64,000 nt of DNA from Eledone cirrhosa (taxonomy: Eukaryota). The position numbers and the translations under genes were made by a program. The stretch covers positions 38,254,001 to 38,318,000 of the forward strand of contig OZ024746.1 of the NCBI GenBank assembly GCA_964016885.1, read 5' to 3'. Numbering within the stretch: the stretch's first letter is position 1; each line of letters starts with the position of its first letter. Below, in pieces: positions 11,177-24,638 of this stretch. The notes under the pieces are model-generated. The model searched no databases. It was given only the letters and a program-made list of their open reading frames with translations, and was not told the DNA's origin.

Positions 11177-13464
11177 GCTAGCTAACTTGAGGAGAGGGGT
11201 GCTCTCCTGGGTGCCCTAGAAGCGCAGGGTGGTTCAGGATTGGTGGGGTACCCGAATCACCCCAGGGTCGTCCACCCCCTATCGGGGAATTTATTTTGTT
11301 ATATTTTGCATAGTTTATTTTATATTTTATATTTTCATTGTTAAATTAGTCTTGCCATTGTGCACTTTTACTCGACCTTCTTGTAAACCCCCACTGTCCC
11401 TGTCTTTGTATTGTCCCCTACATGTCGGCCATTGTGGCTAATAAATGAAATCATTATTATTATTATTATTATTACAAATAATAGTAGAATCATCATCAAC
11501 AGCATCAAATGAACAAATACTGTAACACTACTATCAAATTATCATAAACACCACCATAACCCACATTTAATCTGATTACAGACAGCGTATTGTCTGTTTA
11601 AAAAGCAATAAAACATAGCAAGGCTAAGTGACGTGTGAAACGTTGCTTTAAACGTCAGAATTATATCGTAAGTCACGTGGGAAAGCAAAATAACAAAACG
11701 AAATAATAGATACAATAATGCCTCAAGTATTGCTCTATACAGAATGTAGTAAGCGGAACTGTGTTCATTATATGTAACACAAATGCACTGGTGTGTTACA
11801 AATGTTACTGACCATAACTGTATAGAATGATGTCATGTATGTATGGTTAAGAGGTTCAAATTATAGCTAGGTGTTTCTAGGTTCCTTTCGAACTGCACGC
11901 TTCCATAGCAAATGCCTTCAACTACAGACTGAAGCTGACCCAATATTCTGGAAACGGAATTAGGTAGGCGAATACTGTACGGATGTCCATAGAATAAACA
12001 CACATAAACACACACCCACACATACTTACACACGCGCGCGCACACACATCACACACACATATATATATATACAAATATATTTGGAGGTCGAAAGACAATG
12101 TAAATGTATGAAAATGTAAATGTAAATGTATGAAAATGTGGGTTTTGGGTTTATAGCTTAATGTTGTCTGCAATAAACAATTAAAGAATCAAGAAGAAAA
12201 TTAAGGGCATCAATTTCATCCGTCTCGGGTGAGAAGGGTTTGACCACCCACAAATCTGCCAGGCCAAAACTTTTTGAAAAATCAAAAACTCTATATATAA
12301 TTTCTTATCCCACACGCTATTAATTTACAGTAGACATGTATTGGCTTAGGTGGTTTATTTAAGTTAGAGTATGATGAACCTAACATTTCCGGGCTTGATA
12401 TTCTTCCATAAGTGAAGAAAAAGAGAAACTGGTGACGTCGCGGTTGCTGAGGATTGAAATGAATTAGTTAAATACGTGAGGCTACGAAAAAGGCTCAAAT
12501 ACCTGTAAATGCTAATTATTGGAGACAGAAGGCCGAAATAGTCAGAGCCTAAATCAATATACAAAATAGATAAGATGTTAGGAGTAAAAATTGGTAAGTT
12601 GGAAACACATCAGCAGCTCGGCTAAAACATCAATAACTGAATTTTAGATGTATAGTGTATGTATTCATAACTTTCAGGAAAGGTAAGAAGAAAGAAGGAA
12701 ATATTTAGCCATTTATGTTTCTTGATACCCTCAGTTTCAAGCATCCTCATCATTTTGTATAGAAATTAATAAACTATAATTTTATTTCAATACACAATGC
12801 AAATGGAAGAACCTATCAAATATCTCTCCTTTACTTTTCTTCATTGTTGGAATTCAACGGCATTTATCCTTAATAATTAGCAACTTATTAATTTCAGCTG
12901 ATGCCACAATTGTGGCGTGTTGAGTTAATAGACTGCCAGCGTAATTAATGATACACATTAAATATGGTGTCATATGAAAGACAATTGAGGATCGAACTAA
13001 ATATCTAGATGTATTTGATTGCGTTTATCAGCATTCTTATTTTAAATATTACAGGTCTCGGTTTTGCTTTTCGCACAACCGATCTAAGTGTATTTTATCT
13101 ATTATCCCACAGGATACCCAATATATAGCATTGTTTTAAATTTAAGAATAATTGTTGCCATAAAATGTTCAAAGTAATAATGATACTGAATCAAAAACAG
13201 TTGACGATTAAAGAAAGCGGTAGCGTATTTTACTTTCGCTTGATCACAGCTACAATTACCGAAAGCCATATATTGAAAGATTATGTATTTTAAGGATTAG
13301 AAATAGTATTTGTATCTCCTAGTCAGGAGGAGGTGCAGTTAAAGGTGTCCAATACTAGTGGAAGACAAGCGAGAAGGTATCCACAAACTAAAAATGAAGG
13401 CCGATTGCTTGCAAAAGAGTAGACATCGCTAAAGACACCTAGCTGGTCGTGTTTAACTAGACAA

Positions 13465-13680
13465 TAGATTAAATCTACCGCCAAACTAAGCCACGGCCAG
13501 ATTTGAACTCAGAACGAAAAGACCTAGAACAAATACTGCATAAATCCCATCCGGTGCCCCAAAACTTCCGACATTCCACTACTGCTTAATTTATTAATCA
13601 CCAAAGCAAGAAAGGCAAAATTGACCAAGCTGGATTGGAAATAAGTGAGTAAGGGACCGGAATAAATACCGATAAGATAA
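13465..13680 (-). mobile_element. Two degraded copies of the tRNA-derived SINE seen at 56360
   Basis: 'atttgaactcagaacg' (B-box complement) and 'gaaaggcaaaattgacc' match the intact SINE. Confidence 0.5.
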
Positions 13681-15359
13681 ACTATTTTAAGTTTTCTCTG
13701 GATACTTCCAGCATTTTCCTTGTGTTGCTACTCGTTAATATGTGATAATGTTTCAATATTCAAATTTATAAAAGACAAACAGACACTATTGCAACAGCTC
13801 TCTGATTGAAGATGTGTACAGAAATGCAATTGAATATGCAAACATACAAACAACGACGGCATAAAACAGCAAATAATAGGCATTATCACACCGATATTAA
13901 TCAGCACTCAAACATTTCTTCTGACACATATATACCTGAATCTACTCAAATCAATATTCAATTTTTGAAAGAGAAAATATTGAATTTTGCGTATTTATGA
14001 AATTGTTTAAATTGAGTTCTAATAATATTTGGGAATTTTTCTACAATATTCCTTTTTTTATAGTATATTTATTTTTGACGTAATGGATGATCCGGAATAT
14101 TTTTTAAGGCACTATGTTCGCGGGATATTTGTAGAGTTAATTCATATTTGGTAAAAAGGATGTTTCAACATATAATTATGAAGAGTGTGTAAATAGAAGC
14201 AAAATGAAATCTTCGATTGATGATTTTAATTCATATTTTAATTTGCTAGAAGCAATGTAAATGTATTACAGGAAGGTTTACGATTAAAAATTATCGACCA
14301 ACTCGTTATTTGCCTTTAAATAGAAATACGATATTTGGGGCTACCCCAATCAATGGAGCATTTCCAAACATGCCACATATTCTAAATGCATATATATATA
14401 TATTTAATTGTTGATTCTTTGGGAAGCATGAGTATCATACGTTTACGAAGAACAGAAATGAAAAACTTGTAACTGAAATATTTTTATCAATTAAAAGAAA
14501 TATAAATATCGTCATAGCTTTATTAGTAAATTGATTTTAAAACCTCAAAATGTAAACAGATTTATATCTTGGTAATTTAATTATCCCGTGTAACGCAAAT
14601 ATTGTTACTGCCTTGGTTAATCAGAACTATTATCGAAATCCATTTTACGGTGCTAACTCATGTGTTTACTTTCAGATATATTATATCTATAACTATCTAA
14701 CCTAATGTGTCGTACTTTATCCCTGCAATTTTTAGTCTAGTGAATGACAATGCTCCCACAATAAGTGGATTATTTACTGATGAATAAGTTCATTTGTCCG
14801 TGGATTGATATTACACCCAGAAGCTTTGAAACCTTGCTAGGCTTCGGTATAACTAAATGAACATCATCATAATGAACCCTCTGTATTAATGGAAATAGCC
14901 AATCCTCAAAGAATGTAATAGCTTGCTTTGTATACTGTGTGTCAAATACAAATACCAAATGATACACGTGGTTATGTAGTCTAAGATGCAATATGTTACC
15001 AAGGAAATACTGGATAATCAGAGTTTTGTTGATTCTGATCATGGAACGTGTGTTTAATCTACAACAATAATATCAACGATGATATGAATGACAACAACAA
15101 AAACAGAATGAGTGACACCACTTCTAAGAAAATCAACACACACTGCACCGTTTCCACGATAAGTAACTATAAATAAAATTGCCGCAAAATCTCGTTTGAA
15201 TTAAGCGCTAACGTTCTAATGAAATGAATAATTAGAAAATGAAACTCTAGATGAAATGGAATGCATTGATCAAGGCTGACATGTGTATATAGGGATACAA
15301 TGAAAACCAACAAGAACATCAAAACATCTAAACGAATAATGCTACGCCGGTAACACTAG

Positions 15360-15377
15360 GGAATGAAACACTAAGCG

Positions 15378-15408
<31 letters not shown>

Positions 15409-16230
15409 CTTCTTCTTCTTCTTCTTCTTCTTCTTCTTCTTCTTCTTCTTCTTCTTTTTCTTCTTCTTCTTCTTCTTCTTCTTCTTCTTCTTCTTCTTCT
15501 TCTTCTTCTTCTTCTTCTTCTTCTTCTTCTTCTTCTTCTTCCTATAGAGTAACGTTATTACAAAGATCTTTCGGAGGAACATCATTTCTGCCGCTTGTAT
15601 TCGCTATGATATTCTTTCGGTCATTACTCAAGACGCTCGTCCATAGGTTAGAGATTGGCTTTTATACCTATCTCCCTTCTTCTGATGACCGAATCCTGAA
15701 GCTGGTACATTAGTGCACCAACTCCTGCAATGTTTTCACTTGAGAGGCGACGGTTTCATTCTTTGCGCCCCAGATTACCATTCCCGGCCGACAGAACGCG
15801 GAGAATGCCTATCACGTGCATGTCGGAAATCACCCTTTGCACACGTCATTCTTCATAACGCATCGAACATGGTTACCCATGTCAATATTATTCGTGAAGA
15901 TTGTGAACAGGACAGGTGACAGTAGCACACTTGGTGGAGGCCGACTCTCACATTGAATCGTTTCAATTTAGCACCATTTCTCCGACCACGCATACAATGG
16001 GATTCCAATAGGTACATCAAGGTAATAAAAAGCTGTCCATCGATCGCATACTCCTGCAGAACCCTCCCTACCCATAATGTGTCCCGTAGAAAAAAAATAT
16101 ATGCTTTTCCCATTGCTAATAAATTAGCAATGTTAGGTATCGCTCCCAGATGCATCTGGTGTACATAAAAAAATACTATTGTGATCGGGAATAGATCAAC
16201 AGAATATTCTCTGAGGAGCAAAGAACTCCA
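15360..16230 (-). mobile_element. Highly degenerate RTE-clade LINE fragment
   Basis: Minus-strand translations FNVRVGLHQ.C..(SP.LF) and LTYG....MTER..IQAAEMMFLRKI are typical of the RTE RT and thumb regions. Many stops and frameshifts. Confidence 0.65.
15379..15541. repeat. (TTC)n microsatellite, ~54 units
   Basis: Direct inspection; one ttt interruption. Confidence 0.97.
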
Positions 16231-18210
16231 GACGCGCTCCTGTTAGCAGGCGTGGTTTGAGGACTTTTAATATGATGTCAGTACGTTGTAATGTCTTACA
16301 TTTGTGTATTTTGTAGAATGTCTATTTGGAAAAGCTGCACCCTCCATATATGTGATCAGTACATCTATATAATACACGCTTGGGGACTACAAATTACTCA
16401 TTGGCTTTTAGGAACATTCCAACACGGATTACAAAATCTTCGATATTTTTAAACATTGTTTCCCCACGAATATATTTTTCAAATATTTATTTCCAAATCT
16501 CGATGTACCATATATTCATTGTTTTGGTTCGATTTCCGTAGTGGTAAGATAATTTTTAAATAACCCCAAGCTGGTAGCTTCTACCAAGAGAGAACTGTCA
16601 ATGTTAGCAATGTAAACCAAAGGATTATTGACTTCTTCCTAATCTAATGTATGTATCAGAAGAGAACTAATGAGGGATCCTTATATGGTTGTTTGAGAAT
16701 TTCAAAATAGTAAACACATCTTCATTAAATTACCGCATGCAACATTATGAAATAGGAACACATACAAGGTGATATAAACATAAAACTGTGTATCTTAACT
16801 TACCCAGGGTTAAATTGCAAGAACGCGAGACTGCACAAGCCAATGATCATCTACGTGATCCTTCGCCCTGCTGGAATTAGCGGTCACATCTTTTTGACGC
16901 TCTCTACTATTTTTTAAATGGAAGGAGAGAGATATCGGTAATTGTAATCCTTGATACAATATTTTTTAATAAACGATGAGAAGATCGTAGCTGAAACACG
17001 TTTGATTATATATCTCCTCGATCACAGCTGAGCGGAAAGTACGCAACAACGACAATAACATAGCCGGAATGGTCTGTTGATATCTTAATGTTTTCTCCGC
17101 GGACGCAACAAAGCACTGTCAATGACTGGCAATGAACCAATAAACGCTAAGCTGATTGTCGGGTATCCTGTCTAGACGGTCATCCACGCCCGCTAGTCAT
17201 AAATAAGATTGTTTAATTATGAATAAATGTACAAAGTTTGGCTATCACTATCTGGTAAAGATGGTTAGCTTTACTGCAAAACAGTATAACATGATATTTA
17301 GACAATATAGTATAATATAAAATAGCTACATCAGCAATAACATAAATACCTATCCATTCAAAGCTAAGTGCTTCACAAAGAACAGCAGGATGTACTACGA
17401 TCGGAAGTTACTCCAAAATAATTTTGAAAGCTGATAGTCGCAATACAATAGATCTTTTCGTCATATAAACATGTGAAATGAACAATCTTTATTCAAATGT
17501 ATTGAGGTATTAATAAAGAATGTCGCCAGCAATATCTTGATAAATGTGTCTACTATAGAATTTGAAAATGCTTAGAGCGAAGATGGAAAACAATGCTTAG
17601 CAGAATAGGTTAAAAACAATATTTAGCAGACAAATGAAACAAATCTTTCTCCAAGAATGAACATTTTGTCTGGTCACTCAACCTGTTAAAAAACGGCAAA
17701 TTTTGTCTGGAACTACACTGCAGCCTCGTTAAAAAGGATCGTGAGCTTACATACTCTTTATTGAGAATTCTGTTTTAATGATAATGTATTTGTGGATGCA
17801 TCGGTTTATATCATAGATGTGCACTATCAAAGTTATTCTTGGAATTAAAAGAAAAGGATCTATTATTATGACTCAAACAGCCCTCAGGGTATCGCCACAA
17901 TGAACAAACAGCAATAAAAAATGTTGCAGTCAAGTTTAAGAATTTGAATGATGTGCTGAGCTATGTAAAATAAACAAGAACCTCATAGAAGTATCAAAAC
18001 GCTAAAGAGCTTTAGAAGATTTTGGGTTTATTTTCTTGTAAAATTAAGGTTATGAGCGACTTTTTTTCTTTTTGTTAAAAACAAGGAACACAGAATTTTA
18101 AATATAGCTTGCGAAGATATTCGCATACAAAATATCGAATACAAAACTTTTCTAGTCAGATCCTGTCGCTTCAATAGATTAGTTAATTAAATAATATATA
18201 AGACTAAGAA

Positions 18211-18450
<240 letters not shown>

Positions 18451-19085
18451 CAGGTCACCAGTTGATGCTACTGGTAACATGTATCCCAGTACAACCTGTC
18501 TCATGGTCGGGTCGTTGGCGACTAAAGTGGCAACCCCAACAAGGTTTCTTGGCGAGGAGGGTGACTTTGGACATCCTGCAGGACTAAAAACAAAACCTGT
18601 CAAAGGGCAAAGGGCAAAGGAGCTCTTAAGAGTCAATGGCCATCCAAAATCACCGGGAGAGATGACCCCTTAGCTTTTGTCAAGGCAGAATTCAAGGAGA
18701 AGGAAAACTCTGATATAACACCTGCAACCCTGATGGTATCCAATGATGTTGACATGTTCTTCTTTTTGGTAAATATCATCTTGGTTAAGAGAGTGGGACT
18801 GGCTTTGTGCACTGCCTTTGCTCACTATAAAAGCTTCACAGCACAGGCATTGCTTTATATCTGGAGATCTCTCTGCACTTGTCGTCACATGGTACCATGG
18901 GCCCAGCACTATGTGTCAATGATTGTCACAAGTGTAGTGTTTGTACCAGAGCTTTCAAGTCGCTGGCTGGACTAAAAAGTCACACTCGTTCAACGCATCG
19001 GTAGGGGTTCTCCTACATGGATATAAAGTAGTGGCCGTACTCGAAAACGAGTTGGCAGCCACCATGTATGTATGTATGTATGTAT
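18451..19085 (+). mobile_element. Short bipartite RTE-derived non-autonomous retroelement inserted in (TATG)n
   Basis: RTE-5'UTR-like motif ggagaaggaaaactctga (~18696); terminal C2H2 finger CSVCTRAFKSLAGLKSHTRSTH* (18933-19004); 3' stem-loop at 19034-19056; (ATGT)n tail. No EN or RT. Confidence 0.65.
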
Positions 19086-19202
19086 ATGTATATATATTAG
19101 AGTAAGGGGTTAACGGAAGAGGGATGCCATGGTCTGTCTGTTGTGAAGCTGCTAAAAAGAAGCGCTCAACGACCTGTATAAAGACGGAGCATTATATAGA
19201 GA

Positions 19203-19640
19203 AAAAAAATCGGAGACCATATTCAGTGGATTCGGATTTATTTAAAACCCCGTTATAAATCTTTCACTGAGGACTATCAATTAAGATAGCCCAATCCCTT
19301 CAGACTGCAAAACCAAATAAACATTGAAAGTTCCTAAGAAACCATGAAAATTTGAAAAATCTAATAATTTCCAGAAGAAAGATTTTCTTTTCATGATACT
19401 GGCCTAACACGTGGCGTTGTTTCTGCGACAGCCGGCCCATGTATCATGAAAAGAAAATCTCTCTTCGGGGAAATTATTAGATTTTTTCCTAATTTTAAAG
19501 GTATCTTAGGAACTATAAATGTTTATTTTAGGTTTTGCCGTCTGAAGAGCTCAGGCTATCATAATTGATAGTCCTCAGTAAAATATATAAAACGGCGATT
19601 TAAATACATCTGAATCACTAAATATGGCATCCGATCTTTT
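19203..19640. repeat. Long imperfect inverted repeat (~195-bp arms, ~40-nt loop), Penelope-terminal-repeat-like
   Basis: e.g. gattttcttttcatgatac / gtatcatgaaaagaaaatc and actgaggactatcaatta / taattgatagtcctcagt. Confidence 0.9.
19537..19596 (+). ncRNA. Degenerate minimal type I hammerhead ribozyme (mirror copy on the - strand at 19249-19308)
   Basis: gccgt-CTGAAGA-[stem II]-aAAA-tatata-aa-acggc. The other arm keeps GAAA and the AUA site but has CTGAAGG. Confidence 0.65.
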
Positions 19641-19837
19641 ATGAATATATATTTATATATATATATATAGTTTCATCGTAGTGATGTATATGAAAAGATA
19701 TGATAGACATAGGAGAGTGTCATTAGGAAATTTTTTAAAACTTGTGATCATGTCTTGTGATCATGTCTCAGTTGTGTTGAGAATTCTTATCCGGCATCGG
19801 TGATATTTACTCACTCTCTGCTTAGTTTTCATGGTTT

Positions 19838-22835
19838 TTTCAATTAAATTCAATTCAATATATTTGGCAGAAATTAAAACATAGATGCTTCAGATGCCAT
19901 GTAAGGAGGGAAGGGGGCAACATTTACACAGTCCGAAACACAGTGGTCCAACACCGGTCAAATTTCGCCTTGAATTGTTGCGTGGTTAACGCGTTGACTA
20001 CTTCTTCTGGAAGCCGATTCCAGGGTCCAGAGATGCGGATAGAGAAAGCAGCTTTCCGTCTATTTAGGCAAAAGCGGCGGCGAAACAGTTTTTTGTCATG
20101 TCCACGTAGACCCCTTTCAAGTGCCGGAGTGAATAGGAGATCTTGAGGGAGATCGTAATGGCCATTGAAGAGATTGTAAGCCAAAATGAGATCGCTTCTT
20201 AGCCGTCGACGCTCCAAGGAGAAGAGGTTCAGCTTCTGCAGCCGGCTTTCGTAGGGCAGCTCATGAAGACCCTGTACCATTCGAGTCGCTAGTCTTTGAG
20301 CTCTCTCCAAGTAATGGATATCCCGGATGAGACATGGGTTTGATGCTTGGATGCGATATTCTAGGTGCGGTCTCACGAGGGCGACATAGAGAGTCCTGAA
20401 AATTTCTGGAGTAAGTTTGGCAAAGGAGCGTCGAACAAGAAAAAAGAGGGTTCCTTGCCTTGTTTGCGGCTTGAATGCAATGTTTTGATGGATTAAAGGG
20501 CGAGTCGACTAGCAGACCAAGATCTTTAGTCTCCTCAACCTCCTGCAAAGGAGCAGTGCCACCGTTGAAGGTAAGAGCTGAGTTATAAGGTATACACTTA
20601 TCGACATTGAGGCAACACCTATTGACATTGAGGTATAAATCCCAGTCAATCGACCAACTCCAGGCGCGCTGGAGGCTGGACTTGAGATTGTCGATCTCGC
20701 TCCTACGGGCTACCATTTTCACATCATCTGCAAATAGAAGCAAGTTTCCACCAATCACGTCCGGCATGTCGTTGATGTATAGAAGGAAGGGAATTGGGCC
20801 CAACACAGAGCCCTGGAGAACGCCGCTGCCTACACCCACCCCCGATGACAGACTGTCATTGATCCGAGCTCTGCAAGTAGGACCCTCAAGAAATGATCCA
20901 ATCCACTTTATAATCGAATCATGGAGACCGTAGTTGCTGAGCTTATGCAGGAGCAGGCGGTGGTAGACAGAGTCAAAGGCTTTTGCGAAGTCGAGAAAGA
21001 TAATATCGGCTGCATCTCCATCGTCTATTATCCTCGTCACCCATTCTTCCACCACGAGTAGGTTTGTAAGACAGGAACGTTTCGGGATGAAACCGTGTTG
21101 AGATGGAGAGATGGCAGTGAAGGACGCAATATGAGCCATAATTGCCCACTTGATGAGAGATTCTAAGACTTTACAGATGATTGAGGTGAGACTCACGGCT
21201 CTGTAGTTCCCCGGATCTTCTTTGTCGCCTTTTTTAAAGATAGGGAAAATTATAGCTACTTTCCAGTCGGCAGGAACAACTCCGGTAGCCAATGATAGGT
21301 TGAATAGTGTGGCTAGAGGTTTAGCTGGATGTAGACCGTCTGGATCATGCCCCTTATTCACATCTAAGGACAAAAGCAACTTTTCCACCTCGTCCGGTCT
21401 GACGGTGGTTGGCTGCATGGGTGGGGAGATCATGTTTAGATTTAGATTTGGAGGTTCTCTGCCACCGTCCTCTTTGAAGATATTTGCGAAAACATCGCAA
21501 AAAAGAGAACCTTGATGGTCAGCGTGTTCAATAACTGTACCTTCGGAGTTTCGGAGAGTGACAATTTGGTTATTCAGTTTTTGATTTCTCTGCACGTGAG
21601 CATAAAAGCGCTTTGGATTACAACCGGCATCACTTGCAAGTTCCCTTTCAAAACGTTGCCTTCCAATTCCTGAAATATGCTCGACATGATTTTGCTGCTT
21701 TCTGTAGACTTCAAATGCCGCCGCAGACATGGTCTCGTGATAGTGCCCCAAGCAGCGTTTCGTAACTTCTGTTCGCGGATAATTGTCTTTGTTATCCAGC
21801 GTTTGTGTTTCTTGCGTTTTGGCGTTCTCAGCGACACTGCCATCTCTGTTAACCCAAGTAGAATTTCCTTTATTTCTCGCCACAAAGTTTCAACAGACTG
21901 ATTTTTGGTTAGGCTGCGCACATTTATCTCGTCGGAGGCCATTTTGATAAGATAATGATTCAGAGCAGCAAATATTCTTCTCGGCTGATTCGAAACGGGA
22001 GGCGGTGCAAGCGAAGTATGCATGCTAAAGCTCAGTACTGCATGGTCGCTTTTCCAAAGTGGAGACAGAACTTGCAGAGACGATACGGATCTAGGATAAC
22101 AGGAGAAGATAAGGTCTAGTAACGACGGTCGTTGACCACTTCGAGCCCTTGTCGGTTTTGTAACATGCTGGCAGATGAAACATTCTTCCGTCGTATCGAG
22201 CAATAGTTGGTCGAAGTTATTGTTGGACGTGCACACATTTGAGTTCCAGTCTATAGTCGGGGCATTAAAATCCCCGAGTATAAGACAATCATTTGGACAT
22301 CTTGAGACAGCTTTCATTGCATTAATGAGACTCTGATTTTCATCTGTTGTAGAACTAGGACTGCGATAGATGGAAAGAACGGGAATAGTTTCTCCACCCA
22401 CATTAAGATTGCAAAGAACAGCATCAAAGTTCTCCGAAAGTACGGTGTTCGGTGCTAGAGGTTGACGGGATGGTTTGAGTGATGATCTTGCATAAACGAT
22501 AACTCCTCCACCTCTTCTTTGATATCTGTCACATCGGAATGTAGTAAAGTCATGAATGTGAATCTCTGAATCCTTGACTTCTGAATTTAACCAGGTTTCG
22601 GTTATGACTATGAGGTCTACCTTCTCGTCTGGAGATCATCAAGTTCGGACAGAAGAGAGCAAGCGTTGGTTAAAATAACTTAGAAATGAGTGATCAAGGG
22701 ACGGCGATTTGGGCTTTAATCTCTTTTTGGGGATCTTCGGGAAGAAGTTGAAGAGCTTCTTGCACACCTTCTCATCTGAGATGGATGTTTGTTCTGCCAG
22801 GGAAGTTTGGAACTTTTGCCGGACACGCACAAATT
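19838..22835 (-). mobile_element. CR1-group LINE, 5'-truncated, frameshifted ORF2 (APE plus RT)
   Basis: TNACSLLSELDDL..DLIVITETWL; IYRSP, GDFN, SDH (21574-22401); DFAKAFDSV, QGSVLGP, FADD (20261-21883); RPHLEY..LERAQR..LFSLERRRLRSDLI..WNRLP (19924-20376); short (ATTGA)n tail. Confidence 0.9.
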
Positions 22836-22861
22836 GTATACACACATGTATGTATGTATTT

Positions 22862-23093
22862 ACCGCTGTGATCGATTGACAAAATTCCAGACCTCATTAG
22901 CTTGCTGGATCTCGTGAAAGCGAACTAAGTTCTTTCCATTGCTGATACTCTCTACCGGTCGTAACTCCTGGCCGAGGGAGCAACGTCAAATAAAGTGGCT
23001 TGCTCTGGGACCCGATGCATCACTCGGTCGGAGAATTGAACTCGCAACTTCACAATTGCGAATCCAACTCTCTAACCAAAAAACCACGCGCCT
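22862..23093 (-). mobile_element. tRNA-derived SINE (second family) with CORE-like central segment
   Basis: Minus strand has an A-box-like tggttttttggttag and B-box gagttcaattc, followed by gtcccagagcaagccactttatt, which resembles CORE-type SINE bodies. Confidence 0.6.
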
Positions 23094-23117
23094 TTATATA
23101 TATATAGAGAGAGAGAG

Positions 23118-23168
23118 AGTTTCAGAAGATCCCGTTAAGGGTGAAAGCACCCATTCTGTGCTTAAACT
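23118..23168 (+). ncRNA. Hammerhead ribozyme relic (core U4 changed to A)
   Basis: agttt-CaGAAGA-tccc/gttaa/gggt-GAAA-gcac/ccattct/gtgc-TT-aaact. All three stems pair; AATAAA lies ~15 nt downstream. Confidence 0.6.
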
Positions 23169-23352
23169 TTAATCTGTTATTTTAATAAATATATATATAT
23201 ATATATTTATTAAAATAACAGATATATATATTTATTAAAATAACAGATTAAAGTTTTAATAAATATTTGCTCTACGGTTCTTATATATTTGATATATATT
23301 TATCCTTATCGAGCTATCTTTGGATTTTAGTCTTCTAATTTATTATTATTAC

Positions 23353-23492
23353 TATATATATATATATATATTTATTTATTATATATATATGTATGTATAT
23401 ATATATACATATATATATAGATAGAGAGAGAAAGAGAGAGAGAGAGAGGGAGAGAGAGAGAGGGAGAGAGAGGGGGAGAGAGAGAGAGAGAA
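23353..23492. repeat. (TA)n/(GA)n microsatellite
   Basis: Direct inspection. Confidence 0.9.
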
Positions 23493-24069
23493 AGAAACAA
23501 TGGGAGAGTTGGAGGGTGGGAGGGAGGCAGGAAATTCATTTTAATAATGGAGTCTAGACAAACAACACAACGTTGATAAATATTGCACAGAACAGGAATC
23601 CAGAATAGAATAATTGCCAGTTCCTTCCGAAAACAATAGTAGTAAATTATGACATCTAGCTATACCGTCTCGCTTCTGCACTTTTTTTTAATAAAATTTA
23701 AATTTATCTTCTCTTAGTGTTGCTCTGAAATAATCAACTACCAATTAAACAAGGCGAAATACCACTGATTTGTTTTTGTACGCGTATATGTCTTTCTTAT
23801 ACGTTTACATTTATGTGTGTGTATGTACATATGTGTATGATTTATTAATGTTTATTTGTATTTGTATTTGTAAATTTTTCTGTGTGTATATTTGTGTAGA
23901 GGGGTTGGTCAAGGAATTGACACACATTTCAATTTAGCATATTAACAGCTAATAATTTATTATTTCAAACTAATTGAACAAAACGGGACAGCTGTCTGGT
24001 TATTAACATCTTTAAATATCTGTAAGATTCTTATCACTCGATTTCCTTCACACATACATACGGACAATA

Positions 24070-24072
<3 letters not shown>

Positions 24073-24138
<66 letters not shown>

Positions 24139-24147
24139 ATATACATG

Positions 24148-24178
<31 letters not shown>

Positions 24179-24270
24179 ATGTGTGTGGACATATATATAT
24201 ATATATACATATGTATGTATGTGTGTGTGCGTGGACATACATATATATATGTACATATAGATACACATGT

Positions 24271-24315
<45 letters not shown>
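24073..24315. repeat. Interrupted (TA)n/(TATG)n microsatellite
   Basis: Direct inspection. Confidence 0.92.
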
Positions 24316-24319
<4 letters not shown>

Positions 24320-24370
24320 GTATATATTGAGTTAGGAACTCAAAATAGTCTCTTACAATAAAATAGCTCT

Positions 24371-24600
24371 ATATTATAATTGAATATAAAAGAAAAACGA
24401 ACACTGATGTATGTTCAAATCGCAAGGTGAAAAGAATACTAATTATAGACAATAGGGTTTGCCTGTCTCAATTTAAGAAAAAATCAAGAAAATAAATACA
24501 ACCGGAATACCACAATTCCGGTTTGTATGTATTTTCTTGATTTTTTCCACATATATCTGTATATATCTGTGTTCGTTTTTCTTTTTTATTCAATTATAAT

Positions 24601-24603
<3 letters not shown>
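24371..24603. repeat. Interrupted AT-rich inverted repeat
   Basis: Inner arms aaaaaatcaagaaaata..caaccggaat / attccggtttg..tattttcttgattttttt; outer arms atattataattgaat..agaaaaacgaacac / gtgttcgtttttct..attcaattataatat. Confidence 0.8.

Positions 24604-24638
<35 letters not shown>

Larger units (their letters stand above)
5556..11473 (+). mobile_element. L1/Tx1-clade LINE, subfamily B, near full length
   Basis: 5'UTR, ORF1 from 5791, ORF2 from ~7750 to 11176, T-rich 3'UTR, AATAAA at 11440, (TTA)n tail at 11453-11473. Confidence 0.93.

Noticed and set aside
15328-15585. Poly-lysine ORF
   Set aside because: (AAG)n expansion inside the RTE relic.
16420-16645. Kinase-like MVHRDL motif on the - strand
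   Set aside because: Stops in all frames and no other kinase motifs; likely chance.
16860-17060. Resemblance to a dispersed cephalopod repeat ending in (CAA)n
   Set aside because: Based on recollection only and too degenerate to support from this window.
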